Shown piece after piece: positions 40,201-51,070 of a stretch of 64,000 nucleotides of DNA (positions are counted from its first letter, which is position 1; each line of letters opens with the position of its first letter). Source of the DNA: an uncultured virus (IMG/VR IMGVR_UViG_3300036715_001702) (taxonomy: Duplodnaviria; Heunggongvirae; Uroviricota; Caudoviricetes); the IMG/VR virus record IMGVR_UViG_3300036715_001702; one strand, 5' to 3'. Under the pieces are notes generated by a model. The model made no database searches. It saw only the letters and a program-made list of their open reading frames with translations, and was not told the DNA's origin. The translations under genes and the position numbers were made by a program.

Positions 40201-43077
40201 TTAAGAAGAGCAAGCAATGCATCCATCAGGGCCTGAATCTAATGAGCAAACTATACCTTCATCAATAGTTTTTTCAGCATTGGTCAAATCAACACCCAAT
40301 GCTTTGTTAGCTGATGAATCTTTCTGAGTTCTTAGATAATACATTCCAGTTTTTAAACCTTTCTCCCATGCATAGAACAAAGCAGAAGTCAATTTGGCAG
40401 CATTAACAGAAGCAAAGAATATATTCATCGATTGTGTCTGACAGACAAAAGGCCCACGATCTGCTGCTAGATCTATCAGTGCTTTCTGCTTGATCTCCCA
40501 TATAGTTTTATAAACCTCTTTTAATTCTGTTGGTATCTCTGGAACATTTTGTACAGATCCTTCTCCTAAAATTAATTTATTTTTAAGATCGTTATTCCAT
40601 AATCCAAGATCTACTAGATCATTCACTAGATGCTTGTTCACAACTGTGAATTCACCAGATAAAGTATTTCTCTTGTAGATATTAGCAGTGAATGCTTCGA
40701 AACATTCATTATTTCCTAATATTTGAGAAGTGTTATGTGTAACTAAACCGTTATGGGTTAGAAATTCATGTACTTCTTGAACTTCAATATCCCATGTTGG
40801 TTTAAGTTCAGTTGATTTTTCAATTTTTGCTATTTTCATACCGATTCCGTCAATCGTTACAATATCATCATTTTCTACTAAATCTGAAGCACAGACCCAA
40901 ATTTGGTCATTGTTTATATTAATTAGAAATTTATGATTTTCTGTACATTCAAAGATAGATCCATCTTCCATATTAATCTTAATAGTTTCTTTTAAACCAT
41001 TATAGAATATTTTATCAGATGTTTTGATACCAAATCTTGTTTGAACTTGTATAGGTTCTTTGAAAAATAACCATTGTTGATCATTAGTTTTTTCTATTTC
41101 TTGCCAATTGATATCATTTTCAGTCATAATATCTTGATAAGATTTAGCACCATTTTCAGTTAATATCAAAGTATCACTTAAAAAACAACTAGCTGTTGGC
41201 ATTAATGCAACCAGTAGCGAATTTCTAACTCCGTGTTTCTTGATATTTTTTTTCAATGTTATAAAATCCCATCTTCCAGAAAGATCTTGTTCTGTCATTC
41301 CCCACATATCGTATTGTAAAATACCTTTCGATATAGGACTTCCTTCGTATGAATTATACGGACCGTGTTTTTTAGCCAATTCGTTTGAAGCTGTCAATGC
41401 TGCAAAGTAGATAGTTTCTGAAATTTCTTTATTCAATTTCTTAGCTTCTTCTGATTCGAAAGCAATTCCCATAATTGCAAATACATCAGCTAAACCTTGA
41501 ACTCCTAAACCTACAGGACGATGGTTCTCATTAGAGAACTTAGTCTCAGGAACTGGATAGAAATTATTATCGATCACTTTGTTCAAGTTGATAGTTGCTT
41601 GATGTGCAACTTTGAATAATAGTTCGTGGTCGAATTCAGCTTTCTTTTTCTTCTTATCTTTTCCTTTAGTGATTGTTAAAAACATAGGAAGTGCTAATGA
41701 AGCCAGGTTGCAAACCGCAATCTCGTTGATATTTTTGCCAGGATGGTTTTCTTTTTGCCATTTTGTAATTCCCGTAGATTGTAATATTTCCGAGCATAAA
41801 TTACTACTTCTGATTTGGCCAATATTGGATTGATTGGATTTTATATTCGCGGCATCTTTGTAAATAATATAAGGAGTTCCTCCTTCGATTTGAGCTTCGA
41901 TTATTTTTGCCCATAAATCTCTAGCTTGAATTCTCTTACCCTTTCCTTCATTTTCATATCTGATAAAATGATCTTCAAATTCTTTTCCGTATGTTTCATT
42001 CAATTCAGGAACTTCATCTGGAGAAAATAATGTCCAGTGAGATTCTTCTTTGACACGTTGCATGAATAAATCTGGAACCATCAAAGCCAAGAATAAATCT
42101 CTAGCTCTCATTTCTTCTTTTCCTTGATTTTTTCTCAACTCTAAAAATTCGTAAATGTCTGAATGCCAAGGCTCTAACCAGGCAGAAATGCTCCCTTTTC
42201 TGCGGCCTCCACCTTGATCGATTGCTCTTGCAATCTCATTCATGATCTTTAAGAAAGGAATTAATCCATTCGAATGTCCATTTGTCCCTTTGATATATGC
42301 TCCTTTACCTCTGATATTATTCATATTGATACCGATACCACCAGCATTTTTTGAAATTTGTGCAATATCGCCAAAAGATTTAAACATTCCTTCAATTGAA
42401 TCCCCTTCATTCTGAATCAAAAAGCAAGAACTCATCTGCGGACGTTTTGTTCCTGCATTGAATAATGTGGGTGTAGCGTGAGTAAAGAATTTCTGTGACA
42501 TCAAATCGTAAGTCTTGATTGCTTCGTTAACGTCATCTTTCCAAATTCCACATGAAACACGCATCAACATCTGTTGTGGTGTTTCTGCGATCACTTTATC
42601 AATTTTTAATAAGTAAGATCTTTCTAATGTTTTGAAACCGAAATAATCGTAAGAAAAATCTCGGTCGTGTATGATGGCTTCTTCTAATTTTTTGCTGTTC
42701 TTCTTGATAAATTCGTATACATCATCAGCTATCATTCCAGCTTTTTCTCCTGTTTTAGGATTTACATAATTGTATAAATTGGTTGTAACTTCCAAGAAGC
42801 TCTTTGGTGTGTTCTTATGCAGATTTGATAATGCAATCCTAGCAGCAAGAATTGCGTAGTCTGGATGCGTTCCTGTCATCGCAGCAGCTGTTTCTGATGC
42901 TAAACTATCAAGCTCTGATGTTTTAACACCATCATATAATCCTTGAATAACTTTTGCAGCTACCGAAATAGGATCCACAAAATCTGAATTTAATCCATAA
43001 GTCTGTTTTTTGATTCTAGCTACAATCTTGTCCAATTTTACTGTCTCTTTTCGACCGTCTCTTTTTAGTACTTCCAT
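40201..43077 (-). CDS. nrdA: Class Ia ribonucleotide reductase alpha subunit with intein
   Basis: ATP cone VLKRDG, SSCF, SNLCSEI, VCNLAS, MYYLR, C-terminal CIAC. Confidence 0.97.
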   Translation of the reverse strand: MEVLKRDGRKETVKLDKIVARIKKQTYGLNSDFVDPISVAAKVIQGLYDGVKTSELDSLASETAAAMTGTHPDYAILAARIALSNLHKNTPKSFLEVTTNLYNYVNPKTGEKAGMIADDVYEFIKKNSKKLEEAIIHDRDFSYDYFGFKTLERSYLLKIDKVIAETPQQMLMRVSCGIWKDDVNEAIKTYDLMSQKFFTHATPTLFNAGTKRPQMSSCFLIQNEGDSIEGMFKSFGDIAQISKNAGGIGINMNNIRGKGAYIKGTNGHSNGLIPFLKIMNEIARAIDQGGGRRKGSISAWLEPWHSDIYEFLELRKNQGKEEMRARDLFLALMVPDLFMQRVKEESHWTLFSPDEVPELNETYGKEFEDHFIRYENEGKGKRIQARDLWAKIIEAQIEGGTPYIIYKDAANIKSNQSNIGQIRSSNLCSEILQSTGITKWQKENHPGKNINEIAVCNLASLALPMFLTITKGKDKKKKKAEFDHELLFKVAHQATINLNKVIDNNFYPVPETKFSNENHRPVGLGVQGLADVFAIMGIAFESEEAKKLNKEISETIYFAALTASNELAKKHGPYNSYEGSPISKGILQYDMWGMTEQDLSGRWDFITLKKNIKKHGVRNSLLVALMPTASCFLSDTLILTENGAKSYQDIMTENDINWQEIEKTNDQQWLFFKEPIQVQTRFGIKTSDKIFYNGLKETIKINMEDGSIFECTENHKFLININNDQIWVCASDLVENDDIVTIDGIGMKIAKIEKSTELKPTWDIEVQEVHEFLTHNGLVTHNTSQILGNNECFEAFTANIYKRNTLSGEFTVVNKHLVNDLVDLGLWNNDLKNKLILGEGSVQNVPEIPTELKEVYKTIWEIKQKALIDLAADRGPFVCQTQSMNIFFASVNAAKLTSALFYAWEKGLKTGMYYLRTQKDSSANKALGVDLTNAEKTIDEGIVCSLDSGPDGCIACSS
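40732..41187 (-). other. 152-aa mini-intein in NrdA
   Basis: MPTAS|CFLSDT...LVTHN|TSQILG; no LAGLIDADG domain. Confidence 0.92.
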
Positions 43078-43101
43078 ATATTGTTTTTTAGTTTTTTGTT
43101 T

Positions 43102-44070
43102 TTAAAAATCTTCATCCATAGAGAATGAATTCTCCTCTTTTGATTTACCTACTCCGGCTTTATTATAATCAGCAACTCTTTTCTCAAAGAAATTAGTTTT
43201 ATTTTGTAATGCTATATTCTGCATAAAATCGAAAGGATTAGATGTATTGTAGATAGGATCGCATTTCAAAGCTCTCAATAACTGATCTGTCACATATTCC
43301 AAATATTCAGACATCAGTTTTGAGTTCATACCTATCAAACTAACAGGCAATGATTCCAAAATAAATTCCTTTTCGATCACTAATGCTGATTCGATGATTT
43401 CTCTGATTCGTTCTTTTGGTAATTTGTTCTCTATATGATTATTGTATAAATGTACAGCAAAATCACAATGTAAACTTTCATCACGAGAAATAAGTTCATT
43501 GCTGAAACTTAAACCTGGCATCAAACCTCTCTTTTTCAACCAGAAGATCGAACAGAAAGATCCTGAGAAGAATATACCTTCAACTGCCGCAAATGCTATC
43601 AGACGTTCAGCAAATGAATCAGACTCTACCCATTTCAATGCCCATTCTCCTTTCTTTTTGACTGCTGGAATAGTCTCCAGTGCGTTCAACAGATGATGTT
43701 TCTCTTCATTGTTTTTGATATAAGTGTCGATTAACAATGAATACGTCTCAGAGTGTACATTCTCTATAGCGATCTGAAAGCCGTAAAAGAATTTAGCTTC
43801 TGTGTATTGGACTTCTCTTACAAAATTATCAGCAATATTCTCATTCACTATACCATCAGAAGCTGCAAAGAACGCTAACACATTTTTTATAAAATGTCTT
43901 TCATTATCATTCAATTTATCATTCCAGTCTTCAAGATCTTGATACAAGTCTATCTCTTCTGCTGTCCAAGATGATGTTTGAGCTTTTTTATAGAAGTCCC
44001 AAATGTCTGGATGTTCTATCGGGAACAGGACAAACCTGCCATCGTTCTTTGTTAAGATTTTTTCGGTCAT
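43102..44070 (-). CDS. nrdB: Ribonucleotide reductase beta subunit
   Basis: [23 protein letters not shown]. Confidence 0.97.
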   Translation of the reverse strand: MTEKILTKNDGRFVLFPIEHPDIWDFYKKAQTSSWTAEEIDLYQDLEDWNDKLNDNERHFIKNVLAFFAASDGIVNENIADNFVREVQYTEAKFFYGFQIAIENVHSETYSLLIDTYIKNNEEKHHLLNALETIPAVKKKGEWALKWVESDSFAERLIAFAAVEGIFFSGSFCSIFWLKKRGLMPGLSFSNELISRDESLHCDFAVHLYNNHIENKLPKERIREIIESALVIEKEFILESLPVSLIGMNSKLMSEYLEYVTDQLLRALKCDPIYNTSNPFDFMQNIALQNKTNFFEKRVADYNKAGVGKSKEENSFSMDEDF

Positions 44071-44250
44071 TTTTATTGTAAGTTTATGGTATTAAATATG
44101 TTCTTTATATATCTAGAAAAACAAAAAAGTTAACAACTCTCTGTTAACTTTATTTTTATATTTTTTATTTATGGTTGCTATTTTTACAACTGTTTAGTAC
44201 CCAATAAACTATGTTTTTAGGTCATTATTCAGGCCTGTTCCAGTTAAAGA

Positions 44251-45234
44251 TTATAAGTCTTCAGGATTTTCATAATCAGCCAAAGATTTTTCATAACACG
44301 TTGCAATTTTTAAAATTGTATAATTTTGAGCATCTACGTATTTTTTAAAAGATTCTAATGATGTTCCTTTTTCATTAAAAACGAATTGTACAGAATTCAA
44401 TTCATCCATACTGATCAATGGATTTAAAACTTTGGTAGTTTCTAATATGAAATCTTTTATCCAATTTCTTAGTTCTATAATAGCATTACAGAATGTCTTT
44501 TCTTGTACAATAAAGTTTGATATATTGTTATTTATAAATGTGTTTTTGTCTTCTAGTGTAGAATGATTGTATTCGTATACATCTTTTTTAAATTTTTCAA
44601 TATATTTCTTATAAAGTTCTTCACTTTTTTCATTAGATAATTTTATAGAATATTCATCATCAGTATAGTACCATTCAGGAATAAAAGTGCTAGATTTTAA
44701 TTTCTCAATACTTAATTTGAAATCATCAATATTATATTGATTAAGATCGTTCTTTTTAATTTTTTCTATAACTACATTTTTATAAAAGTTGTAGTTTTTT
44801 AAACAATCTGTAGTATATTCTTTCTCTTTGAATATTCTTTCATAAAAACTGACACCTTCTCCAAAAATATCTAAAGGTTTAAAGAATTCTATAATAGACT
44901 TAGGATCTCCTATTGTCAATTTAGCTTCCATTTTGTGATATGATATATTAATAAATCCATAAACCAATGCGAAATTTGCAAAATCCAATAATCTAAAATT
45001 CAATGGCGACGGATTTATATTTAACAAATCCATGGCATTATGAATAGCTTGAACTGTTTTATCATCACCACTCAATTTAAAAATAGAATTATCAAAATCT
45101 ATATGAAAGCATTTTTCCGTAAAGAAGTCAAGGTGCGATTTGTACAAATCGTCTTTATGGTGTTTATCCATAGATAAAGCTTTATCTGACATGAAAGCAT
45201 ATCTGTGTTCTTTTGTTAAATCTTGCAAAATCAT
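44251..45234 (-). CDS. Hypothetical protein
   Basis: Likely start MILQDL at 45234. Confidence 0.65.
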   Translation of the reverse strand: MILQDLTKEHRYAFMSDKALSMDKHHKDDLYKSHLDFFTEKCFHIDFDNSIFKLSGDDKTVQAIHNAMDLLNINPSPLNFRLLDFANFALVYGFINISYHKMEAKLTIGDPKSIIEFFKPLDIFGEGVSFYERIFKEKEYTTDCLKNYNFYKNVVIEKIKKNDLNQYNIDDFKLSIEKLKSSTFIPEWYYTDDEYSIKLSNEKSEELYKKYIEKFKKDVYEYNHSTLEDKNTFINNNISNFIVQEKTFCNAIIELRNWIKDFILETTKVLNPLISMDELNSVQFVFNEKGTSLESFKKYVDAQNYTILKIATCYEKSLADYENPEDL

Positions 45235-45256
45235 ATATTTATATTTTATTTTTTTT

Positions 45257-45832
45257 TTATACGAAGTCAATATCATCCAATTGTTTACCAACATTGCGAT
45301 ACTCTTCCAATTCTTTGATGATGACCATGGCTTCTCTCTTATCAAGCATCTTGAACATGCTCGCAAGATTATCTGAAAAATATTGAGAGTATTCTACGAA
45401 CAATTCACATATAGTGAAATTATAAGATTTCAAACTCTCTTTTATTATTTGAAAATTTATATTGAAATCAGCAGGTCCTGGTTTTCTTCTGCTCTTAGAA
45501 GGATCTATACCTATTTTATTTTTGATAATCTTGTACACTTCATCTACTAATTTCTGTTTTCTCAGATGATCTTGACTCTGTCTTGACTCTGTCCAATCAC
45601 TGCTAGTCGGATCTAAATCTATACCAGATGTAATAGTTTCGTTGATGTAAGATTCTTCTTGATCTTTAGGATCTTTCTTACCTTTGAAAATACTATCGTG
45701 TTTCAAACTATGCTTCTTGTATTCTTTATGTTTGGAATCTTTCTTCTCGAAAGTTTCATCCAAAAATTCCAGATTTGAATCTATGTTATCAGAGTTATAT
45801 TCTGAACTAGCTTTCTTTTTAAACCTTGCCAT
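45257..45832 (-). CDS. Hypothetical protein
   Basis: 191 aa ORF downstream of the helicase. Confidence 0.7.
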   Translation of the reverse strand: MARFKKKASSEYNSDNIDSNLEFLDETFEKKDSKHKEYKKHSLKHDSIFKGKKDPKDQEESYINETITSGIDLDPTSSDWTESRQSQDHLRKQKLVDEVYKIIKNKIGIDPSKSRRKPGPADFNINFQIIKESLKSYNFTICELFVEYSQYFSDNLASMFKMLDKREAMVIIKELEEYRNVGKQLDDIDFV

Positions 45833-45877
45833 GAAGATGTATACGTTTTATTTTTATATTCAAATCAGAGAAAAAGT

Positions 45878-47236
45878 TTAAGCCTCATCTGGAAAACGAT
45901 CATTGACTATTTTCAAGAATGTAGGATCTAAGTCGAACATGATCTGTTCTTTTGAAAAATCTCCATCTCTCAACTTTAATGCTTTCAGTCTATATCTGTT
46001 TACTTTTTTCATTTCAGGATTTCTGATGATGCCCCATAAAGTCTCAGATGTCTCAACTATAGCTTTTGATTCTGGTACATTGTTCATCGAAACATCGTTT
46101 GCTCCCCATCCTTCTTTTGCCATCTGCACTGCTGTGATCAGTGGACAGTTATTTTTAAAAGCTATAGCTCTCAAACCTTCTGCAAGATGTTTACCTCTGA
46201 GATATAAATTAGCCTCTAGATGCAATCCTTTTTCTGGAGCCATGATCTGTATATAGTCGCAGAAGATTACGTCAGGAACAAAATTCAAATGTTCTTTCAG
46301 TTTTGATAAATATGCGTCAAAATCACTTAGTGTTGCGGTTCCTGCTGCATATTCTTTTACTCTGATATCTCCAAGCTCAGTCCTAGAAAGAGATCCACTG
46401 TTTTTTGCATACCCTTCATTCAACCAATCTATGCGACTCTGCATATATTCAGAATCTTTACTTTTCTGATCGTATTCAGTAATAGGTATTTCTAATCTCA
46501 TTGTTCCCAATCTCTTCATTGTTTTTGCTTGGGACATTTCCAATGTAAAATAAACAACATTGAAACCAGCATTGGCCGCGTTTACTGCCATGTTCTGCAT
46601 CCACAACGATTTACCATTTCCAGTTTCTCCCATTATCACATGTAGAGTTTTTTTATCCCATCCTCCTGCAAGGATCTGGTCCATACAAGTAAAACCTGTA
46701 GTTACTTTCTCTCCATATGAATCCTGTATATGAGCATTAGGATCATTGAAACTTGCACCTAGATCTATATCATTAGTCCTGATCATGCACGCTTCGTTTA
46801 TCAATGATTTCAGAGCACCAGCTCTTGATTGCACTTCTTCTAATGATTCAATATTATTGATATCTCTTATAGATTCAATCGCTTCAGAAAGACTACTCTT
46901 CATCGCATTATTAAGTCTCCATGATTCTAAACGATTTTCGATCCACGTTTGATCATTTGCATAAGAATCTAGATCCACTTTCAGCATTGAAAGCAAAGCA
47001 TCGTTACTGATCTTGCTATTCAAATCTGCTAATTTTACTAGTTCTACAACTCTTTTAGGTTTCAGTATCTCCTTGGTTGTCATATCTCTGTATTCGTTTT
47101 TACATATGTTGAAAACGAATTGAATATCAGGATTTTTGAAGTAGTGCGTCTCTACTGCATTGTACAATCTTGGATTTTTCAAGATGTACGCAAAGAACAT
47201 ACGTTCGAATGATACTGTGGTACTTAATGTGCTCAT
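45878..47236 (-). CDS. DnaB/gp41-like replicative helicase
   Basis: GETGNGKS, TLEMS, DYIQIM, TAVQ, ESKAI, KLRDG. Confidence 0.9.
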   Translation of the reverse strand: MSTLSTTVSFERMFFAYILKNPRLYNAVETHYFKNPDIQFVFNICKNEYRDMTTKEILKPKRVVELVKLADLNSKISNDALLSMLKVDLDSYANDQTWIENRLESWRLNNAMKSSLSEAIESIRDINNIESLEEVQSRAGALKSLINEACMIRTNDIDLGASFNDPNAHIQDSYGEKVTTGFTCMDQILAGGWDKKTLHVIMGETGNGKSLWMQNMAVNAANAGFNVVYFTLEMSQAKTMKRLGTMRLEIPITEYDQKSKDSEYMQSRIDWLNEGYAKNSGSLSRTELGDIRVKEYAAGTATLSDFDAYLSKLKEHLNFVPDVIFCDYIQIMAPEKGLHLEANLYLRGKHLAEGLRAIAFKNNCPLITAVQMAKEGWGANDVSMNNVPESKAIVETSETLWGIIRNPEMKKVNRYRLKALKLRDGDFSKEQIMFDLDPTFLKIVNDRFPDEA

Positions 47237-47304
47237 GGCTTTTTAATTATTTTTAATTGCTTTTTATTGTCGTTCTAATAATATGATTTAAAATGGTGAA
47301 AGTT

Positions 47305-47679
47305 TTAAAATGCTAAATTTTCATCATTGAATTGATCCATGTCTGTAATGTCCAACAATACCAATTTATGCCATTCTTGTGGAATATCACCATGAGCTAT
47401 GATCAACATGTTGTTTGGATATATCTCATAATAACAATCATTCAAATCATATCTGAACTTCTGGGTTGATTTATGTTCGGATATACGATAATCTATATAA
47501 GTCACAGTATCAATCTCATGGAATTCATCAAATACTTTGATGAATTTTTGACCATATCGTATACCGTTGACGCATTTCAAAACATTTCCATTTTTCAGAT
47601 AATGAAGATCTATCTTACATGTTTTTGTATAAGTCTTTTCAGAAGGAGATCTTTTCAGAAGCCATTTTTTATCTACCAT
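47305..47679 (-). CDS. Hypothetical protein
   Basis: 124 aa ORF. Confidence 0.6.
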   Translation of the reverse strand: MVDKKWLLKRSPSEKTYTKTCKIDLHYLKNGNVLKCVNGIRYGQKFIKVFDEFHEIDTVTYIDYRISEHKSTQKFRYDLNDCYYEIYPNNMLIIAHGDIPQEWHKLVLLDITDMDQFNDENLAF

Positions 47680-48062
47680 TCTATTTTCGATTTGATGATT
47701 TCGAATATGTTATTTCTGAATACATATCTCCATATATCTCCATCTTCTCCAACCCATTGTATATAAGAACCTTCTTCTACATAAGGTGCAATTTGTTTTA
47801 ATAGAATCATTTCTTCTCCCAATTTTTCCCAAACAAAATCTATAGTGTCCAAATGTCCTGTTGTGCTATCAAAATCTATTTCGAAACCAAACACTTCGAA
47901 AAGATCTTCTAAATTATTTGTCGCTTCTATGTCTTCTTTTTCGACATATGATATTTTTTTATCGTATTTTATCAAAAAATCTTTTGTGTAAATGAAAGAG
48001 TCTTCTAAATTATCCTCTTTAATTAAGAATTTTGTTTCTGAAATACGTGCTGAATAACCCAT
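47673..48062 (-). CDS. Hypothetical phage protein
   Basis: IAPYVEEGSYIQWVGEDG. Confidence 0.7.
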   Translation of the reverse strand: MGYSARISETKFLIKEDNLEDSFIYTKDFLIKYDKKISYVEKEDIEATNNLEDLFEVFGFEIDFDSTTGHLDTIDFVWEKLGEEMILLKQIAPYVEEGSYIQWVGEDGDIWRYVFRNNIFEIIKSKIEW

Positions 48063-48153
48063 AATTTTTTTTTATATTTATTTGTATTATTTCTATTAAA
48101 AAACTGCAAACAAGTTTAAATAAAAAAATCCTCAACATGTGAGGATTTTTATA

Positions 48154-48405
48154 TTAGTCTACCAATTTAAGATCATGTATCAGTTTTGTTTTGAACACAT
48201 CTAAAAGTTCTTCGAACTTCGTATCATCAGGATTATCGAATATCGATAATTTGATTTGATTTTTGAATTTTTCATATTCTGATGTTTCCATTTTCGATGT
48301 AACCATGATATCGTATGAAACATCCATCAGGGCTTTAAAAAGATGCATATCACTAGGTTCTAATCTGTTGTATGCAGCTATGACTATTTTCAGATTATTT
48401 GTCAT
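48154..48405 (-). CDS. Hypothetical protein
   Basis: 83 aa ORF coupled to the recombinase C-part. Confidence 0.55.
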   Translation of the reverse strand: MTNNLKIVIAAYNRLEPSDMHLFKALMDVSYDIMVTSKMETSEYEKFKNQIKLSIFDNPDDTKFEELLDVFKTKLIHDLKLVD

Positions 48406-49562
48406 TATTCGAATAATTTTTCTGCATCAACATCATCAGCATTACCATGCTCTTCAAACTCAGCAGAAATCTTGTCTAATTCTTCTTCCACTGTTTGTAA
48501 TTCGTCCATATCTCTGTATTTGAAATAATCTTCCAAGATCGGAGCCATTGCGTTCAACACTTCAGGTGTAAAAACTTCTTTTGTGTTCAATCTTGCAGTC
48601 GGAACTGATTTATCCAAATGACGAATATACCAAAAGTTTCCACCTGGATTGATAGAAGTTTTCTTGCCTATAATTTCACCTGTAGATGTATCAACATCAT
48701 CTTCGATGACAGGTTTACCTTTAGCAATTCCGATTACATCGAAGTTTTCTGGAGTACACCAGAATTCTAAACCAGAATAAGGATTTGAACCTTTGTTGAA
48801 CGAAAGTTCGAATTTGATCTTCTTAGGTTTAGCTAAACGATTCTTCTGTGTCTTTGCTGATACTATGATTCCAGATTGTCCAAGATCTTGTTCATCTTCA
48901 TTGCCATCTTTTAATTTAGCTTTGGAAAGCATTAGAATAATAGAAGCATTATAGATAGCTCCTGTATTATGTGAAACAATACCATCTTCTAAGATATAAT
49001 GAGATGCATTTTCAATACAGATATCGTGAAGCTCATATTTTCCTTCTAATTTTTTTACTGAAACAACTGTTGTATCTTTACTTATTTCTGGTTCATCAAA
49101 CATGTTTTGTTCTGTTGTCACATATTGATTATCAAATAATAATACTTTTTGACCTTCTTTCATTTTTGTTACATAAGTCCAACCAGCTTTATGATCCCAG
49201 TTTGTAGAAGTTAAAAATCTATGATCATCTGAACATTTGTAAACTGAACCATTAGCGAATGTGATTTCGTAAGCTTCTTTTTGAAAGACAACTTTTTCAG
49301 CAACTATCTCAGCACCCATCAATGTTTCTACCCAGTCTCCTTGTTTGATATCAGAGATCTGTTTATAAGATCCATCAGACATTAATACTTTGGCTTCAGC
49401 ATTTAAACATCCACCTGAAAAAATCTCTCTTGGGAACATTTCCTGTGTATTATGAGCCACCACACCATTATCTAAGATGTAATGATGTACATCTTTGACA
49501 GTGATATCATGAACTGTTTGTTTTTCACCGATTGTGACACTTTTTATTTTTAGTTGTTTCAT
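48405..49562 (-). CDS. uvsX: UvsX/RecA C-terminal part: split-intein C fragment (49449-49562), 13-aa extein, cis mini-intein (48966-49409), C-extein
   Basis: MKQLKIKS...VAHN|TQEMFPREIFSGG|CLNAEA...VSHN|TGAIYNASIILML...KNRLAKP. Confidence 0.9.
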   Translation of the reverse strand: MKQLKIKSVTIGEKQTVHDITVKDVHHYILDNGVVAHNTQEMFPREIFSGGCLNAEAKVLMSDGSYKQISDIKQGDWVETLMGAEIVAEKVVFQKEAYEITFANGSVYKCSDDHRFLTSTNWDHKAGWTYVTKMKEGQKVLLFDNQYVTTEQNMFDEPEISKDTTVVSVKKLEGKYELHDICIENASHYILEDGIVSHNTGAIYNASIILMLSKAKLKDGNEDEQDLGQSGIIVSAKTQKNRLAKPKKIKFELSFNKGSNPYSGLEFWCTPENFDVIGIAKGKPVIEDDVDTSTGEIIGKKTSINPGGNFWYIRHLDKSVPTARLNTKEVFTPEVLNAMAPILEDYFKYRDMDELQTVEEELDKISAEFEEHGNADDVDAEKLFE

Positions 49563-49583
49563 ATTGTTTGATTATTTGATTTA

Positions 49584-51029
49584 TTATATTGTTATGTTTC
49601 TATTTTGTTTTAGTTTTAACCATTTATTATAAACTTTATGATCTATGATCATGAATTCAAATAACAGTCCCATTTTCTCACATGCTTCTTTTTTCATCAT
49701 ATTTATTTCATAATCATATTTAAAAGTGTATTCTGATTTGACTTCTATTATTTTGTTCTCGGATTTGATATAGAAATCAGGAAAATACACATGTTCTTTA
49801 TCATCTATAAAGTAAGAAATTTTAGATGTATGATATGTTATATCAAAATTATTTAAAACAATATCGTCTAAAGAGTATTTTTTTAATAATATTTCAAAAA
49901 ATGTATAATCTTCATATCCCTGGAAATTATATTTTATATCGTTTATAATATATGTTTTAAATTTAAAACTTGTGTTAGTTATAATTGATTTAAATGGAAT
50001 TTTATATTTTTCTATATTTTCTATTCTATCATATAGATCTGTAGATTGTAAAACATATTCTATTCCATAATTTTTAAATAATGTTGCTCTAGACTTCTTT
50101 TGGATTTCGATATTATTCATTGGAGAATTACCACCATACAATTCATTGCAAGTATCCATCCCTTTCTGTTTTATGATTTCATTTTGGGATGGTCGATCGG
50201 TTCCATAATTCTCTTTAAATGTTTCTGTGATCTTATCTTGCATACCTTCAATCTTGAAATTATGATCTACCCCATATCTTTCTATAAGAGTTTCTTTTGA
50301 TTTTTCATGTGTTTTGGCTAATTCAAATGGAGAAACATAACCATATTTCTCTATCATTTTCTGTTTGTATTCATCAGTTTGAGTATAAGATTCGACTCCA
50401 TATTTTTCTAATGAATTCTTTTTAGATTTGGCTGTTCTTTTTTCGTAGTATTCGTCGGTTCTAGATTTGGCAATATCTATCATTTTTTGTTTTGTAATTT
50501 TAGATACAGGTTTTTGACGAATTAAAGATCTGCATTCATTAGATCCACATGTTTTGATATATTCCAATTTATACCAATATAGATCCTTTGTATTACAATA
50601 AGGACATTTGATATTTTCTAATATATTATTTTTGATATGATACAATCTCTGTAATAATACTGTATCTTCATTTAAAAAAGAAGTTTTGTTTTTAATGAAA
50701 TTTAAAAGCTCTTTGTCTTTTTTAACCAATGTAGCTATTGTAGAATTTTCGCTACCTAATATTCTACATTTATGATTATCACAATGTTCTAAATATTTAC
50801 CTGATCTGCTGATCCACTTTGAATTGTTATGATTACAAAATATACAAATGATGGATTTCTTTATATCATTTTTAATATGATGATACCTTTGAGATATTTC
50901 AGCATTATTATTCAAAAATGAAGTTTTATCCCATATGTAATTTTTTAAATCTTGATTATATTTTATTCTCTTAGCTATAGCAAAGCTTGGAGAATTTAAA
51001 ATCATATCATCATATTCTATATTATTCAT
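49584..51029 (-). CDS. Putative free-standing homing endonuclease
   Basis: Zn-finger repeats, EKYGV repeats, C-terminal YFPDFY...IIEVKS nuclease motif; lies between the split-intein halves. Confidence 0.8.
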   Translation of the reverse strand: MNNIEYDDMILNSPSFAIAKRIKYNQDLKNYIWDKTSFLNNNAEISQRYHHIKNDIKKSIICIFCNHNNSKWISRSGKYLEHCDNHKCRILGSENSTIATLVKKDKELLNFIKNKTSFLNEDTVLLQRLYHIKNNILENIKCPYCNTKDLYWYKLEYIKTCGSNECRSLIRQKPVSKITKQKMIDIAKSRTDEYYEKRTAKSKKNSLEKYGVESYTQTDEYKQKMIEKYGYVSPFELAKTHEKSKETLIERYGVDHNFKIEGMQDKITETFKENYGTDRPSQNEIIKQKGMDTCNELYGGNSPMNNIEIQKKSRATLFKNYGIEYVLQSTDLYDRIENIEKYKIPFKSIITNTSFKFKTYIINDIKYNFQGYEDYTFFEILLKKYSLDDIVLNNFDITYHTSKISYFIDDKEHVYFPDFYIKSENKIIEVKSEYTFKYDYEINMMKKEACEKMGLLFEFMIIDHKVYNKWLKLKQNRNITI

Positions 51030-51070
51030 AAAGTTGAAAATATGGTTTGACTCAACAAACCATATTTTTA